Shown here: positions 1-12,005 of the stretch, in pieces
How the letters are laid out: each line of letters opens with the position of its first letter
Position numbering within the stretch: position 1 is the first letter of the stretch
Assembly (NCBI RefSeq): GCF_963921235.1
Contig: NC_086097.1
Span: 134,418,001 to 134,482,000, forward strand
Source of the DNA: Mobula hypostoma
Lineage: Eukaryota
Length of the DNA: 64,000 nucleotides
Direction: 5' to 3'
Notes under the pieces: generated by a model
Databases searched by the model: none
What the model was told of the DNA's origin: nothing
What the model saw: only the letters and a program-made list of their open reading frames with translations
Translations under genes and position numbers: made by a program

Positions 1-1387
1 ATGAAGTGCTTTGAAAGGTTGGTCATGGCCAGGATTAACTCCTGTCTAAGCATGGACCTGGGCCCGCTGCAATTTTCCTGTCGCTGCAATAGGTCTATAA
101 TGAACGCAATCTCACTGGCTTTCCACTCGGCCTTAGATCACCTGGATAATAATAATACCTACCTCAGGCTTTTGTATGTTGATTACAGCTCAGCGTTCAA
201 CACCACCATACCTTCAATACTAATCAACATGCTCCAAAACCTGGGCCTCTATATCTCCCTCTGCAGGAGACCACAGTAAGTGCAAGATCAAAAATAACAT
301 CTCATTGAAATCAACACTTGCACACCTCAAGCTTATGTAGTTAGTCCACTGTTCCACTCTCTACACACACATCTGTGTGGCTAGGCACATTCAAACAGCA
401 TCTATAAATTAGCCAATGACACAACAATTGTTGACAGAATTCTAGATGGCGACGAGGAGCCAAACAGGAGGGAGAGAGATCAGCTGGCTGATTCGTGTCG
501 CAACAGCAACCTTGCATTCAACGTCAGTTAGACCAAGGAATTGATTGTGGACTTCAGGAAGGGGAAGTCAAGTGAACACACACCAGTCCTCCTCGAGGGA
601 TCAGCAGTGGAAAGGGTGAGCAGTTTCAATTTCCTGGGTGTTAACTTCTCTGAAGCTCTAACCTGGCCCCAACATTTTGATGCAATTATGAAGAAGACAT
701 GTTAGCAGCTATATTTCATGAGGAGTTTGGTATGACATCAAAAACTCCTGCAAATTTCTACAGATGTACCGTGGATAGCATTGTAACTGGTTACATGACA
801 GTCTCATATGGAGGGGCAACTGCACAGAATCAGAAAAAGCTGAAAAAAATTCCAAACTCAGCCAGCTCCATTATGGGTATTAGCCTCCCCAACATCCAAG
901 ACACTTAAAAAAGACGATCACTAAGAACCCCATCACCCAGGACATGCCCTCTTCTCATTGCTACCATAAAGGAGGAGGTACAGGACCCTAAATGAACAAT
1001 AAAGCCATGAACACCACCTCAAACAAGAGAAAATCTGCAGATGCTGGAAATGACAAAATGCTGGAGGAACTCAGCAGGCAAGGGAGCATCGAAGGAAAGG
1101 AGTAAACAGTCAACCCTTCATCAGGACGGATGGAGGGTCTCAGGCCAAATCATCAACTGTTTACTTTTTTCCATAAGTGCTGCCTGGCCTGCTGAGTTCC
1201 TCCAGCATTTTGTGTGTTTTGCACCACCTCCATATTTTTGTTCTCTTTTTGCACTACTTACTAAATTAATTTTTTAAAACTGCTGAAACTTATATATATT
1301 TTAAAATATTATGTATTGCACTGTAAAGCTGCCACAAAACAAATTTCACACATACGCCAGTGATATTAAACATGATTGTGATTCTGA
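1..1387 (+). mobile_element. Rex1/Babar-type LINE, decayed 3' part (RT and C-terminal region), running off the window start
   Basis: MKCFERLVMARINSCL..LQF..NRS..AISLA.H..LDHLD..RLLYVDYSSAFNT and NFYRCTVDSIVTG motifs; many stops and frameshifts; GATTCTGA-type tail near 1387. Interrupted by the mini-element at 1021-1221. Confidence 0.8.
1021..1221. mobile_element. Penelope-derived fold-back mini-element with decayed hammerhead motifs
   Basis: Inverted arms acaaaatgctggaggaactcagcagg / cctgctgagttcctccagcattttgt; 9-bp TSD CACCACCTC at 1012-1020 and 1222-1230; resembles the 3' end of the GIY-YIG elements at 47-50 kb. Confidence 0.8.
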
Positions 1388-2445
1388 AACTCCAGGTTAC
1401 ACAGTGCGCCTGACAATGAACCGCAAGTAAAAATTTATACACAAGGCGAATGGCCACTCATTTTGTAAAATGTTCTGCTGAAATACTATAATACAAATTG
1501 AAACAGCTGCAAAACAAAGCTCTCCCTCAAGGTTTTACAATTCAAGAATAAAGATTATGGTGAAAAGAATGCGCTCCAAAAAGCATGTAACAAGTTCCTT
1601 CTTAAATGTCCAATAACTTTTCTCATTTTACATTCAATTTGTAACATTCACATGGACACACACAAAATACACTTTAATTACCAGGGTTTCAGACTGAAGC
1701 TGTTACTAAATCCCTCTATGTAACTGGAATAAATATTCACAGACAGTATACTTTGTGCAGCTAAAATAAATTTAAGTCAATATCTTTGCAAAGTCAATTT
1801 CAGAAGTCAATCAGTACATCTGAATTCACTAAATTAGAATTGAAATAATTTTATGCTATAAAAGGATATGTAACAGAAGTATAATTTTTTCAATTACATA
1901 TAATTTGTGAATATGTCAGTAAGAATATGTCAGACTATGATGAAGAAATGATGTGTATATTAATCTTTGCTGACCTATGGAAATATTTTGATTTTCCATC
2001 CCACAAAAGTTTTAAAACTCAGTGAGTACATTTTGAGCTTTTACGTACAGTAGGATCTGGCTAACTAGGACACATCGGGACCAGTACATTTTGGCCCAAT
2101 TAAGCAGCGACCCCACTCAGAGAAATTTCATGGATAATAGTATATTTCATGGATAATCATATATAATAATAGACAAACTACCATTAACTGAGTAACAAAT
2201 TATGTACTTAAATGAATTACAGAACAAATTAGAATACTAACAATATTACTACAGTACTATAAAACTGTAGTCCCTAACAGTTAATGGCAGAAGAATTCAT
2301 CCACAGTTATGCTAGGTGTTCTTTTGATAGACTGTAAACACATCAGTGCAGACACCTAGTGCAGATAATGGACTGCCTTCATACAGTATATTCAACGACT
2401 GCATCCTCCAAATCTTCATTTTCATTTAAACATTCAAGATGATTG

Positions 2446-5289
2446 TTGAAGTGCAGATTGTTATTATTGAATATAATATAGTTGGGATCACAGAGACATG
2501 GCTCCAGGGTGACCAAGGATGGGAGCTCAACATTCAGGGATATTCAATACTCAGGAGGGAGAGACATGAAAGAAAAGGAGGTGAGGTAGCATTGCTGATT
2601 AGAGAGGATATTAACGCAATAGAAAGGAAGGACATTAGTCGGGAGGATGTGGAATCGATATGGATAGAGCTGTATAACACTAAGGGGCAGAAAATGCTGG
2701 TGGGAGTTGTGTACAGGCCGCCTAACAGTAGTAGTGAGGTTGGGGATGGTATTAAACAGGAAATTAGAAATGTGTGCAATAAAAGAACAGCAGTTGTAAT
2801 GGGTGACTTCAATCTACATATAGATTGGGTGAACCAAATTGGTAAGGGTGCTGAGGAAGAGGATTTCTTGGAATGTATGCGGGATGGTTTTTTGAACCAA
2901 CACATCGAGGAACCAACTAGAGAGCAGGCTATTCTAGACTGGGTTTTGAGCAATGAGGAAGGGTTAATTAGCAATCTTGTCGTGAGAGGCCCCTTGGGTA
3001 AGAGCGACCATAATATGGTGGAATTCTTCATTAAGATGGAGAATGACATAGTTAATTCAGAAACAAAGGTTCTGAACTTAAAGAAAGGTAACTTTGAAGG
3101 TATGAGACGTGAATTAGCTAAGATAGACTGGCAAATGACACTTAAAGGATTGACGGTGGATATGCAATGGCAAGCATTTAAAGATCACATGGATGAACTA
3201 CAACAATTGTTCATCTCAGTTTGGCAAAAGAATAAATCAAGGAAGGTAGTGCACCCGTGGCTGACAAGGGAAATTAGGGATAGTATCAATTCCAAAGAAG
3301 AAGCATACAAATTAGCCAGAAAAAGTGGCTCACCTGAGGACTGGGAGAAATTCAGAGTTCAGCAGAGGAGGACAAAGGGCTTAATAAGGAAGGGGAAAAA
3401 AGATTATGAGAGAAAACTGGCAGGGAACATAAAAACTGACTGTAAAAGCTTTTATAGATATGTGAAAAGAGAAAGATTGGTTAAGACAAATGTAGGTCCC
3501 CTACAGACAGAAACAGGTGAATTGATTATGGGGACCAAGGACATGGCAGGCCAATTGAATAATTACTTTGGTTCTGTCTTCACTAAGGAGGACATAAATA
3601 ATCTTCTGGAAATAGTAGAGGACAGAAGGTCCAGTGAGATGGAGGAACTGAGGGAAATACATGTTAGTAGGGAAGTGGTGTTAGGTAAATTGAAGGGATT
3701 AAAGGCAGATAAATCCCCAGGGCCAGATGGTCTGCATTCCAGACTGCTTAAGGAAGTAGCCCAAGAAATAGCGGATTCATCAGTGATAATTTTTCAAAAC
3801 TCTTTAGATTCTGGACTAGTTCCTGAGGATTGGAAGGTGGCTAATGTAACCCCACTTTTTAAAAAAGGAGGGAGAGAAACCGGGGAATTATAGACCAGTT
3901 AGCCTAACATCGGTGGTGGGGAAACTGCTAGAGTCAGTTATCAAAGATGTGATAACAGCATATTTGGAAAGCGGTGAAATCATCGGACAAAGTCAGCATG
4001 GATTTGTGAAAGGAAAATCATGTCTGACGAATCTCATAGAATTTTTTGAGGATGTAACTAGTAGAGTGGATAGGGAAGAACCAGCGGATCTGGTATATTT
4101 GGATTTTCAAAAGGCTTTTGACAAGATCCCACACAGGAGATTAGTGTGCAAACTTAAAGCACTCGGTATTGGGGGTAAGGTATTGATGTGGATAGAGAAT
4201 TGGTTGGCAGACAGGAAGCAAAGAGTGGGAATAAACAGGACCTTTTCAGAATGGCAGGCAGTGATTAGTGGGGTACCACAAGGCTCAGTGCTGGGACCCC
4301 AGTTGTTTACAATATATATTAATGACTTAGATGAGGGAATTAAATGCAGCATCTCCAAGTTTGCGGATGACACGAAGCTGGGCGGCAGTGTTAGCTGTGA
4401 GGAGGATGCTAAGAGGATGCAGGGTGCCTTCGATAGGTTAGGTGAGTGGGCAAATTCATGGCAGATGCAATTTAATGTGGATAAATGTGAGGTTATTCAC
4501 TTTGGTGGCAAAAACAGGAAAACAGATTATTATCTGAATGGTGGCCAATTAGGAAAAGGGGAGGTGCAACGAGACCTGGGTGTCATTATACACCAGTCAT
4601 TGAAAGCGGGCACGCAGGTACAGCAGGCAGTGAAAAAGGCAAATGGTATGCTGGCATTTATAACAAGAGGATTCGAGTACAGGAGCAGGGAGGTACTACT
4701 GCAGTTGTACAAAGCCTTGGTGAGACCACACCTGGAGTATTGTGTGCAGTTTTGGTCCCCTAATCTGAGGAAAGACATCCTTGCCATAGAGGGAGTACAA
4801 AGAAGGTTCACCAGATTGACTCCTGGGCTGGCAGGACTTTCATATGATGAAAGACTGGATCGACTAGGCTTATACTTGTTGGAATTTAGAAGATTGAGGG
4901 GGGATCTTATTGAAACGTATAAAATCCTAAAGGGATTGGACAGGCTAGATGCAGGAAGATTGTTCCCGATGTTGGGGAAGTCCAGAACGAGGGGTCACAG
5001 TTTGAGGATAAAGGGGAAGCCTTTTAGGACCGAGATTAGGAAAAACTTCTTCAGACAGCGAGTGGTGAATCTGTGGAATTCTCTGCCACAGGAAACAGTT
5101 GAGGCCAGTTCATTGGCTATATTTAAGAGGGAGTTAGATATGGCCCTTGTGGCTAAAGAGATCAGGGGGTATGGAGGGAAGGCTGGTGCAGGGTTCTGAG
5201 TTGGATGATCAGCCATGATCATACTGAATGGCGGTGCAGGCTCGAAGGAGCCGAATGGCCTACTCCTGCACCTATTTTCTATGTTTCTA
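2446..5289 (+). mobile_element. CR1-clade LINE, 5'-truncated inside the endonuclease domain, young
   Basis: APE motifs (VGITETW, GVVYRPP, MGDFN, LDWVL, KSDHN), RT motifs (QHGF, YLDFQKAFD, GVPQGSVLGP, KFADD), CR1 C-terminus (RTRGH, RVVNLWNSLP), 3' UTR ending TTTCTATGTTTCTA. Confidence 0.95.
2448..5199 (+). pseudogene. CR1 ORF2 (APE endonuclease plus reverse transcriptase) with a single frameshift near 3871-3879
   Basis: ORFs 2439-3893 and 3913-5199 join as KKGGR|EKPGNYRPVSLTS if one GA dinucleotide is restored; no other stops; the extreme N-terminus is missing. Confidence 0.92.
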
Positions 5290-6039
5290 AGGCTGCAAAT
5301 TCCTCATGGTTCCTAACATGTTGAAATAGTGACATCGTTTCATTTTCACCTCTGGCCATTTCTCGCATCTCCAATCCTGAATGCTGGAAACCGCAGTATC
5401 AAAACAGTTCCTTAGAGTTTCACCACTTCTTTCTCACCAGTGACAAAAAAATCACTCCTTTTTGAACACAAACACACATAACTGACGCGATTTAAAAAGT
5501 GCTTGCTCTAAGCATGGTATAGTGTTTAGCAGCCATACAAGAGAATGCAATTGACACTAGTTAAAAACTTATGCAACTGGCTCCTGGCCAAATTAAGCGG
5601 TAGAGTGTCCCAAATTAGACAAAGGAAACACCGGCTATTTTTTCAGCCACATAAGTGGCTTCACTGATTAACCAGAATTCACTGTATTTACAGGTATATA
5701 TGTGAGTAAAATCAGACAGCCATAGAAATGCTGAGCAGATCCAAGGGTACTTGGAAAAAAAATCATTGTTTTTGATATGACATGCGACAGAACTAAAGAC
5801 TGGAAGAAAAGCAAAACACTGACACTACCTGTACCTATAAAACATTTATTACAAAGCAAAAACTCCATGTTGTCTCCCAGGTAACTTGACCTTAATATCT
5901 TCTCAAGTAATTTGATACAAGACCAAAAACCTTCATGACAGAGGTGGATATTAAATAGCAGCTTCAAAGGGAGAAGGAATAAAGGAGATAGTCACATTTA
6001 GGGCCTCTGTTGCTGAAGACAAGATTTCTACAGAACCTC

Positions 6040-6545
6040 CATTTTTGGTCCATAGTTTTGCTCATCCTGTTATAGGCAAGATGTGGTTAAACTGAAAAGG
6101 ATGCAGAAAAGATTTATGAAAACGTTTCCAGGACCAGGGAGCCTGAGTTACGGGATGAGGTTGGCCAGGCTAGGTCACTACTGTTTGGAGCACAGGACAA
6201 TAAAGGGTAGCCTTTTAGAGGTTTATAAAATTATGAGGGGCGTTCATTTAGGGTGAGAGGGGAAAGAGTTTTCCCCAGCGGAATCCCAAATTAGGGGTCA
6301 TAGACATCGGATGAGGGGAAAAGATTTAAAGGGGACTTGAGGGATAACTTTTTGATGCAGAGGGTGGTGAGTACATGGAATGATCTACCAGAGGAGCATT
6401 ATTTAAGAAGCACTTGGATAGGTACATGCAGGACATAGAAGAATATGGACTAGATGTAGGAAATTCAATCTAGATAGATAGATAGATAGACACTATGATC
6501 AGCATGGACCAAAGGGCCAGTATCGCGGTGGATTGCTCTATTCCT
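6040..6545 (+). mobile_element. Old CR1 3' fragment
   Basis: Degenerate match to the CR1 C-terminal region (cagaaaagattta, gaggtttataaaattatgaggggc, cagagggtggtg); includes (TAGA)n at about 6471-6490. Confidence 0.65.
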
Positions 6546-7084
6546 CTACTTTAAATCATGTACAATGGGGTGCATGAAATGATGTAGACAATTGAAAATG
6601 AAAGGTATGTGAAAATGACTTGGTGGCATTGATAATTCAGACAGCAGGATTTTGAATGAGTTTCTCTCTGAGGCACAAAGAGGCCAAGAAGGGGACAATG
6701 GAACAACTATAAGGTTTATTGGTTTGGAGAAGGTAACTTTAAGGGCTGTCACTGACAAAAGAGAACAGAAGGTACCAGACAATGGTCCTTACTGACTTAC
6801 ACAGTTATACGAGCCCTCTAGTGGGGCTACTATCCATTGCACACTAGGTAGTTCTAAAGTGTTTGGAATCCACATCTCCTTTCCTTTACCTTTACTTGTG
6901 CAATCCCTTCATAGTTATATTGATTCAGCTACTTGCTCTTTCTTTTAAGGGCACTTCACTGTTTGCAGAGATGATCCTTCTTTATGATCCAATAATTTCA
7001 CCTCTTTAAGCCTCGTATACATCTTCCTTGCCGAAATCCTATTATAAGCTACCTGTGCTCCCCTTTCCCAAATATTTTCAGCAG

Positions 7085-7660
7085 TAGAAACAAACATAGT
7101 AGGTGGTCACATGGCTCAAAGCACCTGCTCTGCCATTCAGCAAGATCAAAGTTGTTCTTATCTTGTTATTAGATCCACTTTCTTGCTTGGCCACATAACC
7201 CTTGACTATTCTATTGACCAAAAATCTCAGCCACTAATATGTATATTCAATGACGCAGTCACTGTTGTAAAAAATTTTAGTGATTAACTGCCTCCTGTGA
7301 AGTAGTTCTTCTCAACTCAGTCCTGAATCGTCATCTTATTATTTTAAAATCTGATCTCTACCTCATCATCCCCAAATCTAGCCCATTAAGCCTTGACAGA
7401 ACACCAATCATTCATCTAAATTCAAAACTGCTGTCTGCTTAATCAGTCCTCAGATGACAAACCCCAACTGTTGGAATCAATCTGATGATCCTTCATTGCA
7501 GCCACTAAATGACCTCTATATCCTTCCTTCGGTAGGGAGTCCAGATCAGCACATCATATTCCAGATGAGGTCACACCAGGGCCCTACAGAGTTGTAACAG
7601 GACCAGTCTGCTCTGGTCCTCAAATCCTCTTGCAATAAAGGCCACAGTAAAATTAGCCGT
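7085..7660 (-). mobile_element. Very old CR1 3' fragment
   Basis: Degenerate reverse-complement similarity to the CR1 3' end and the ALVRPHLEY region (ccagatgaggtcacaccagggccc). Confidence 0.5.
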
Positions 7661-8434
7661 TCTGACTTCCAGAACCTTGATATGTTATAAGACCAAAAAT
7701 TACAACACCAAAATTATGTTACTGTCTTTTCTTTTATCCAGTTGCTGAATATCTTCAGCCTTCATTGTCTGTATTTGTAATTTCCAAAATCTTTCAATCC
7801 CCCATCACTTTTTTCTGTTTTTTCTACCAAACCAAGCAATCTGGGATTATACTATGATTGGTAGCCTTAACTAAGTCATTGATACAGACTGAGATCAGCT
7901 TGAGCCAGTGACAAGGCCAATGCCATCCCTCTAGTCTCAACCTCGCAATCCGGAAATGACCACTTCAATCCCATTTTCTCTGCAATAACCACATCTTATT
8001 CCACACTTCCAATCTCATGGTGCTTGCACTCTATTTAATAATGATTTATGCGACACTTTATAAAAGACCTTCAAAAAGACAAATACATAAAATATACTGA
8101 TTTCTCTTACTCATTCCCTGATTACAACCTCCAAAAATTAACAGATTTATCAAACACTACTTTCCTTTCATAAATCCATGTTGACTCCACCCAACCCACT
8201 ATCACTTGTTTAATATCCTATTGGGAATATTAGTAATAGATTCCAGAATTTTTCCTTCTACTGGTGGCAAGCTAACATTTTCCCTCTCCATCCTTTCTGA
8301 AATAGTAAGGTTTCATTTGCTGCCTTTCAATGAGGCAACTGAAACTTGGAACCGCTTTGGAATCAATGGAATTTTGAGAGAGAATCAAATCTTCTCACTT
8401 GTGTGTTGATTAGTTCCATTGAACATATGCCAGA

Positions 8435-8825
8435 AAGTCAAGTCAAGTCAAGTCAACTCACTTTTTATTGTCATTTCAATCATAACTGCTGATACAGAAC
8501 ATAGTAAAAATGAGACAATGTTTTCCAGGACCATAGTGCTACATGAAACAACACAAAAACTACACTGAACTACGTAAGAAAAAACACAAAAACTACACTA
8601 GACTACAAACCTATCCAGGACTGCATAAAGTGCACAAAACATTGCAGGCATTACAATAAATAATAAACAAGACAGTAGGCACAGTAGAGGGCAGTAGGTT
8701 GGTGTCAGTCCAGGCTCTGGGTATTGAGGAGTCTGATGGCTTGGGGGAAGAAACTGTTACATAGTCTGGTCGTGAGAGCCCGAATGCTTTGGTGCCCTTT
8801 TCCAGATGGCAGGAAGGAGAAGAGA
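8435..8825 (-). mobile_element. Rex1/Babar LINE 3' fragment with (GACTT)n tail
   Basis: (AAGTC)n at 8436-8455 followed by tttattgtc; the minus strand reads LLPSGKG...NSFFPQAIRLLN, a Rex-type C-terminus. Confidence 0.75.
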
Positions 8826-8839
8826 CTACAAAGAGAAAG

Positions 8840-9573
8840 GGACTACAAAAAGGGTAAGACGAGAGAACACAAAATAATCCTCATAGAGGGATCAGAAGTG
8901 GAGAGAGTGAGCAATTTCAGGTTCCTGGATATAAATATCTGTGAGGACCTAACCTAGATGCAACATATTAATGCAGCTATAAAGAAGGCAAGACAGTGGC
9001 TATATTTCATTCACAGTTTGAGGAGATTTGGTTTGTCAACTAAAACACCTGATAACTTCTACACATGTACCGTGGAGAGCATTCTGACGGTCTAGTATGG
9101 TGGGGGTGGGTGTGTGGGAGCTTACTGCACAGGCTCGAAATACAGTAAGTTGCAGAAACTTGTAAAATTAGTCAGCTCCATCACGGGTACTAGCCTGTGT
9201 AGTATCCAAGATATCTTCAAGGAGCTGAGGCTTAGGAAGGCGGCATTAATCATTAAGGACCCCCAACACCCACATACCCTCTTCTCATTGTTACCATCAG
9301 GAAGCAGGTACAGAAGCCTGAAGGCACACACTCAGCGATTCAGGAACATCTTCTTCACTTCTGCCATGTGATTTCTAAATGGACCCGTGAGCACTACCTC
9401 ACCACTTTTTTTTTGCACTATCTATTTTAACATAATTATTTAATAGATATACATATACTTACTGTAATTCAGATTTTTATAAATATTTATCATGTATTTC
9501 ATTATACTGCTGCCATAAAGTTAACAAATTTCACAACATATGCCTGTGATATGAAACCTGATTCTGATTCTGA
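8840..9573 (+). mobile_element. Rex1/Babar LINE 3' fragment
   Basis: GSEVERVSNFRFL, FYTCTVESIL and IIKDPQHPHTLFSLLPSGSRYRSL motifs; tail CCTGATTCTGATTCTGA. Confidence 0.8.
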
Positions 9574-11041
9574 AGGCTTGCTGCATCTCCAATATCCAGT
9601 TCGATAAAACATTTACCCTAAAAATGTTACTTTTTTTCTTTTTCCAGATACTAAATATCATCAGCCTTAATTTCCATCATTTAAAGCACGCTTTCCCATT
9701 TCTAACCAAAGTTACGTTCTATGTCCCCAAAGGCCGCCCCTTGCCAAAGCACTTTAAAGGAACACTTTTCTTTTTTACTCACACTCAAAATATAGTACCC
9801 ATATTAATGAGCAATTTTATTTCACTGACTTATTATAAACATCTTTGCCAGCTTTTTAAATCCAAGATAACAATGTTAACATTTTTCAACTGAAACCGAT
9901 GTACCCATTCCCTCTCACTTGGGGAAATAAAATCATAACACAAGTAGAAAAATGAACAAAGAAAATCATTCGGTGCATCACTCAATTTATGCTATCCCTT
10001 CACTGGAGTTATCAAATTAATTGTATTCTCCTTGTTCTTTCCACACAATTCCACAATTTTTTCCCTTAATCTCTTCCTCAGGTTTTTAAATCTAATTCCT
10101 TTTAAAAATATATCTGCATCCATCTCCCTTATTCAACACATTCCAAAGTGCAACAACCCCTTCAATTCCCCTTTGCCAATGCTCTTAGGCTAACTTAGCA
10201 AAATAATTTTCTTCACATCTGCTCCATCAAAATTACTTTTGAAACACACCAGTGAAGCCCTTTGTCTCATTCAAGGAGAATTCTCTGTACTTCTCTGGTT
10301 AACTGAGCCAAATTGGGATCAGAAATGTTATCAACATTCTCAAAACAATGTACTAAATTTTCAAAAATAGTTAGCAGTTGCACATTAAATGCATTGCAGT
10401 AAATCTTAACTTCTGCTTTAAGTGAAGCATGCTTCTCAAATGGCAATGGACTCAATATTAAAAATGGAAGATTATCCAAAATAAAAGTAGAAACATAGAA
10501 GAAATTGAAAAAGAGAGATTCAGTGGGAATGTTTGAGATCTGAAATTAATGCAGAAATTTAGAAATGGAAAATAGATCAAGTAGCATCAGATTAACATTT
10601 TGCTAATCTTCAGACAGTATTGAGTAAAACTTACCAGAGTTTTAATTTAATTGTTTGTTTACTAAAACTATCCATTTGATCAGTTTGGAGCAAATATATC
10701 AAGTAACCAACAACTTCCTCAAATTAAGTGTAACCACTCCTATATTTAAGAAAGACATTTCTCTTGTTATCCTTCCATAATTAAACATCTGATTTTGACA
10801 AGCAATTAAAAAAATGTATCCTGAAATTTCTTCGGCATGCAAATAATGAAATTAAACAAGACATGATCTGGATTGCCAAACACCCTTAAAAATGCAATCT
10901 TTGAGGAATTTAATTCCTAATTAGATATGTAATTACTGATGCTGGTTATGTACTTAAATGGCAATGTATTTTTAATTTGAACAAACCTTTTCTCATCACC
11001 TTTAATCTTTTTCACATCAAATGGCATCTAATGAACTGTTA

Positions 11042-11227
<186 letters not shown>

Positions 11228-11809
11228 TTAAAAAAAAACTTTACTACAAAAGATTTAATTTCAGAAGCATTTACCCATTGACCGAGTTGAAGAGCTATTG
11301 TATATACTTTATTTTTGTAAGTGTTCACAATCTGAAAAGTCTGATACTTATATTATAAGGTGTAATGTTTTAAAAGTCACAGATTGCATATTTTTGCATC
11401 TTTCACCATAATAATGTACCAGCTCTCAATTAAATGGTCACGACTGGATTAACCTTTTCAGTCGTGAACATAATGTTTAGCATTTTTAAATGAACAGATT
11501 TCAATGGAAGGCAGAGCTACCTTTATAAAGGATATCAAGATACTGAAGAGTTTAGTAGGTGGCTAGTTTTCATTTGGTGGCTTGTCTTTGCTACTCTTTA
11601 GCAGACTTCATAATAAATAGAGAAACAGTGAATGGGGAGGAAAGAGCCAAACCAGCTTCCTTGACATAAATTTGATGCCTTGAGCATCACAACATGCATT
11701 TTCCAATCCACTCTAAATAATATGATGTCTTAAGAGAGCTAAAACATAGAAAATCTGGCCATATAGGTATCAGGTAAGTAGAAGCAAGAGTCGGAAACCT
11801 GGCCCTTTC

Positions 11810-12005
11810 AGTCTGTAAAAACAGCTTCTTTCCTGGTGTCATAAGACTATTGAATGTTTCCCTGGCACAATTAGATGACTCTTGAGCTCACAATCTACCT
11901 TGTAATCTTGCACCTTCTTGTCTATCTGCACTGTACTGTGTCTATACTGCAAATGAATTGATCTGTATGGAGAACATGCAAGACAGGTTTCCCACTGTCC
12001 CAGTT
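11810..12005 (+). mobile_element. Rex1/Babar LINE 3' end
   Basis: aacagcttctttcctggtgtcataagactattgaa (NSFFPGVIRLL) followed by a 3' UTR shared with 39355-39771. Confidence 0.6.

Larger units (their letters stand above)
2048..5684. mobile_element. Non-autonomous Tigger/pogo-type DNA transposon, split by a CR1 insertion
   Basis: TA-flanked imperfect TIRs (CAGTAGGATCTGGCTAA ... TTAACCAGAATTCACTG); segments 2048-2445 and 5290-5684 are collinear with the second copy at 31172-32233. Confidence 0.75.

Noticed and set aside
2534..5222. Antisense ORFs over the CR1
   Set aside because: Shadow ORFs of the real ORF2 with no independent motifs.
8435..9573. Twin-priming inversion of one LINE
   Set aside because: Both halves have their own, different 3' tails, so they are two independent head-to-head insertions.
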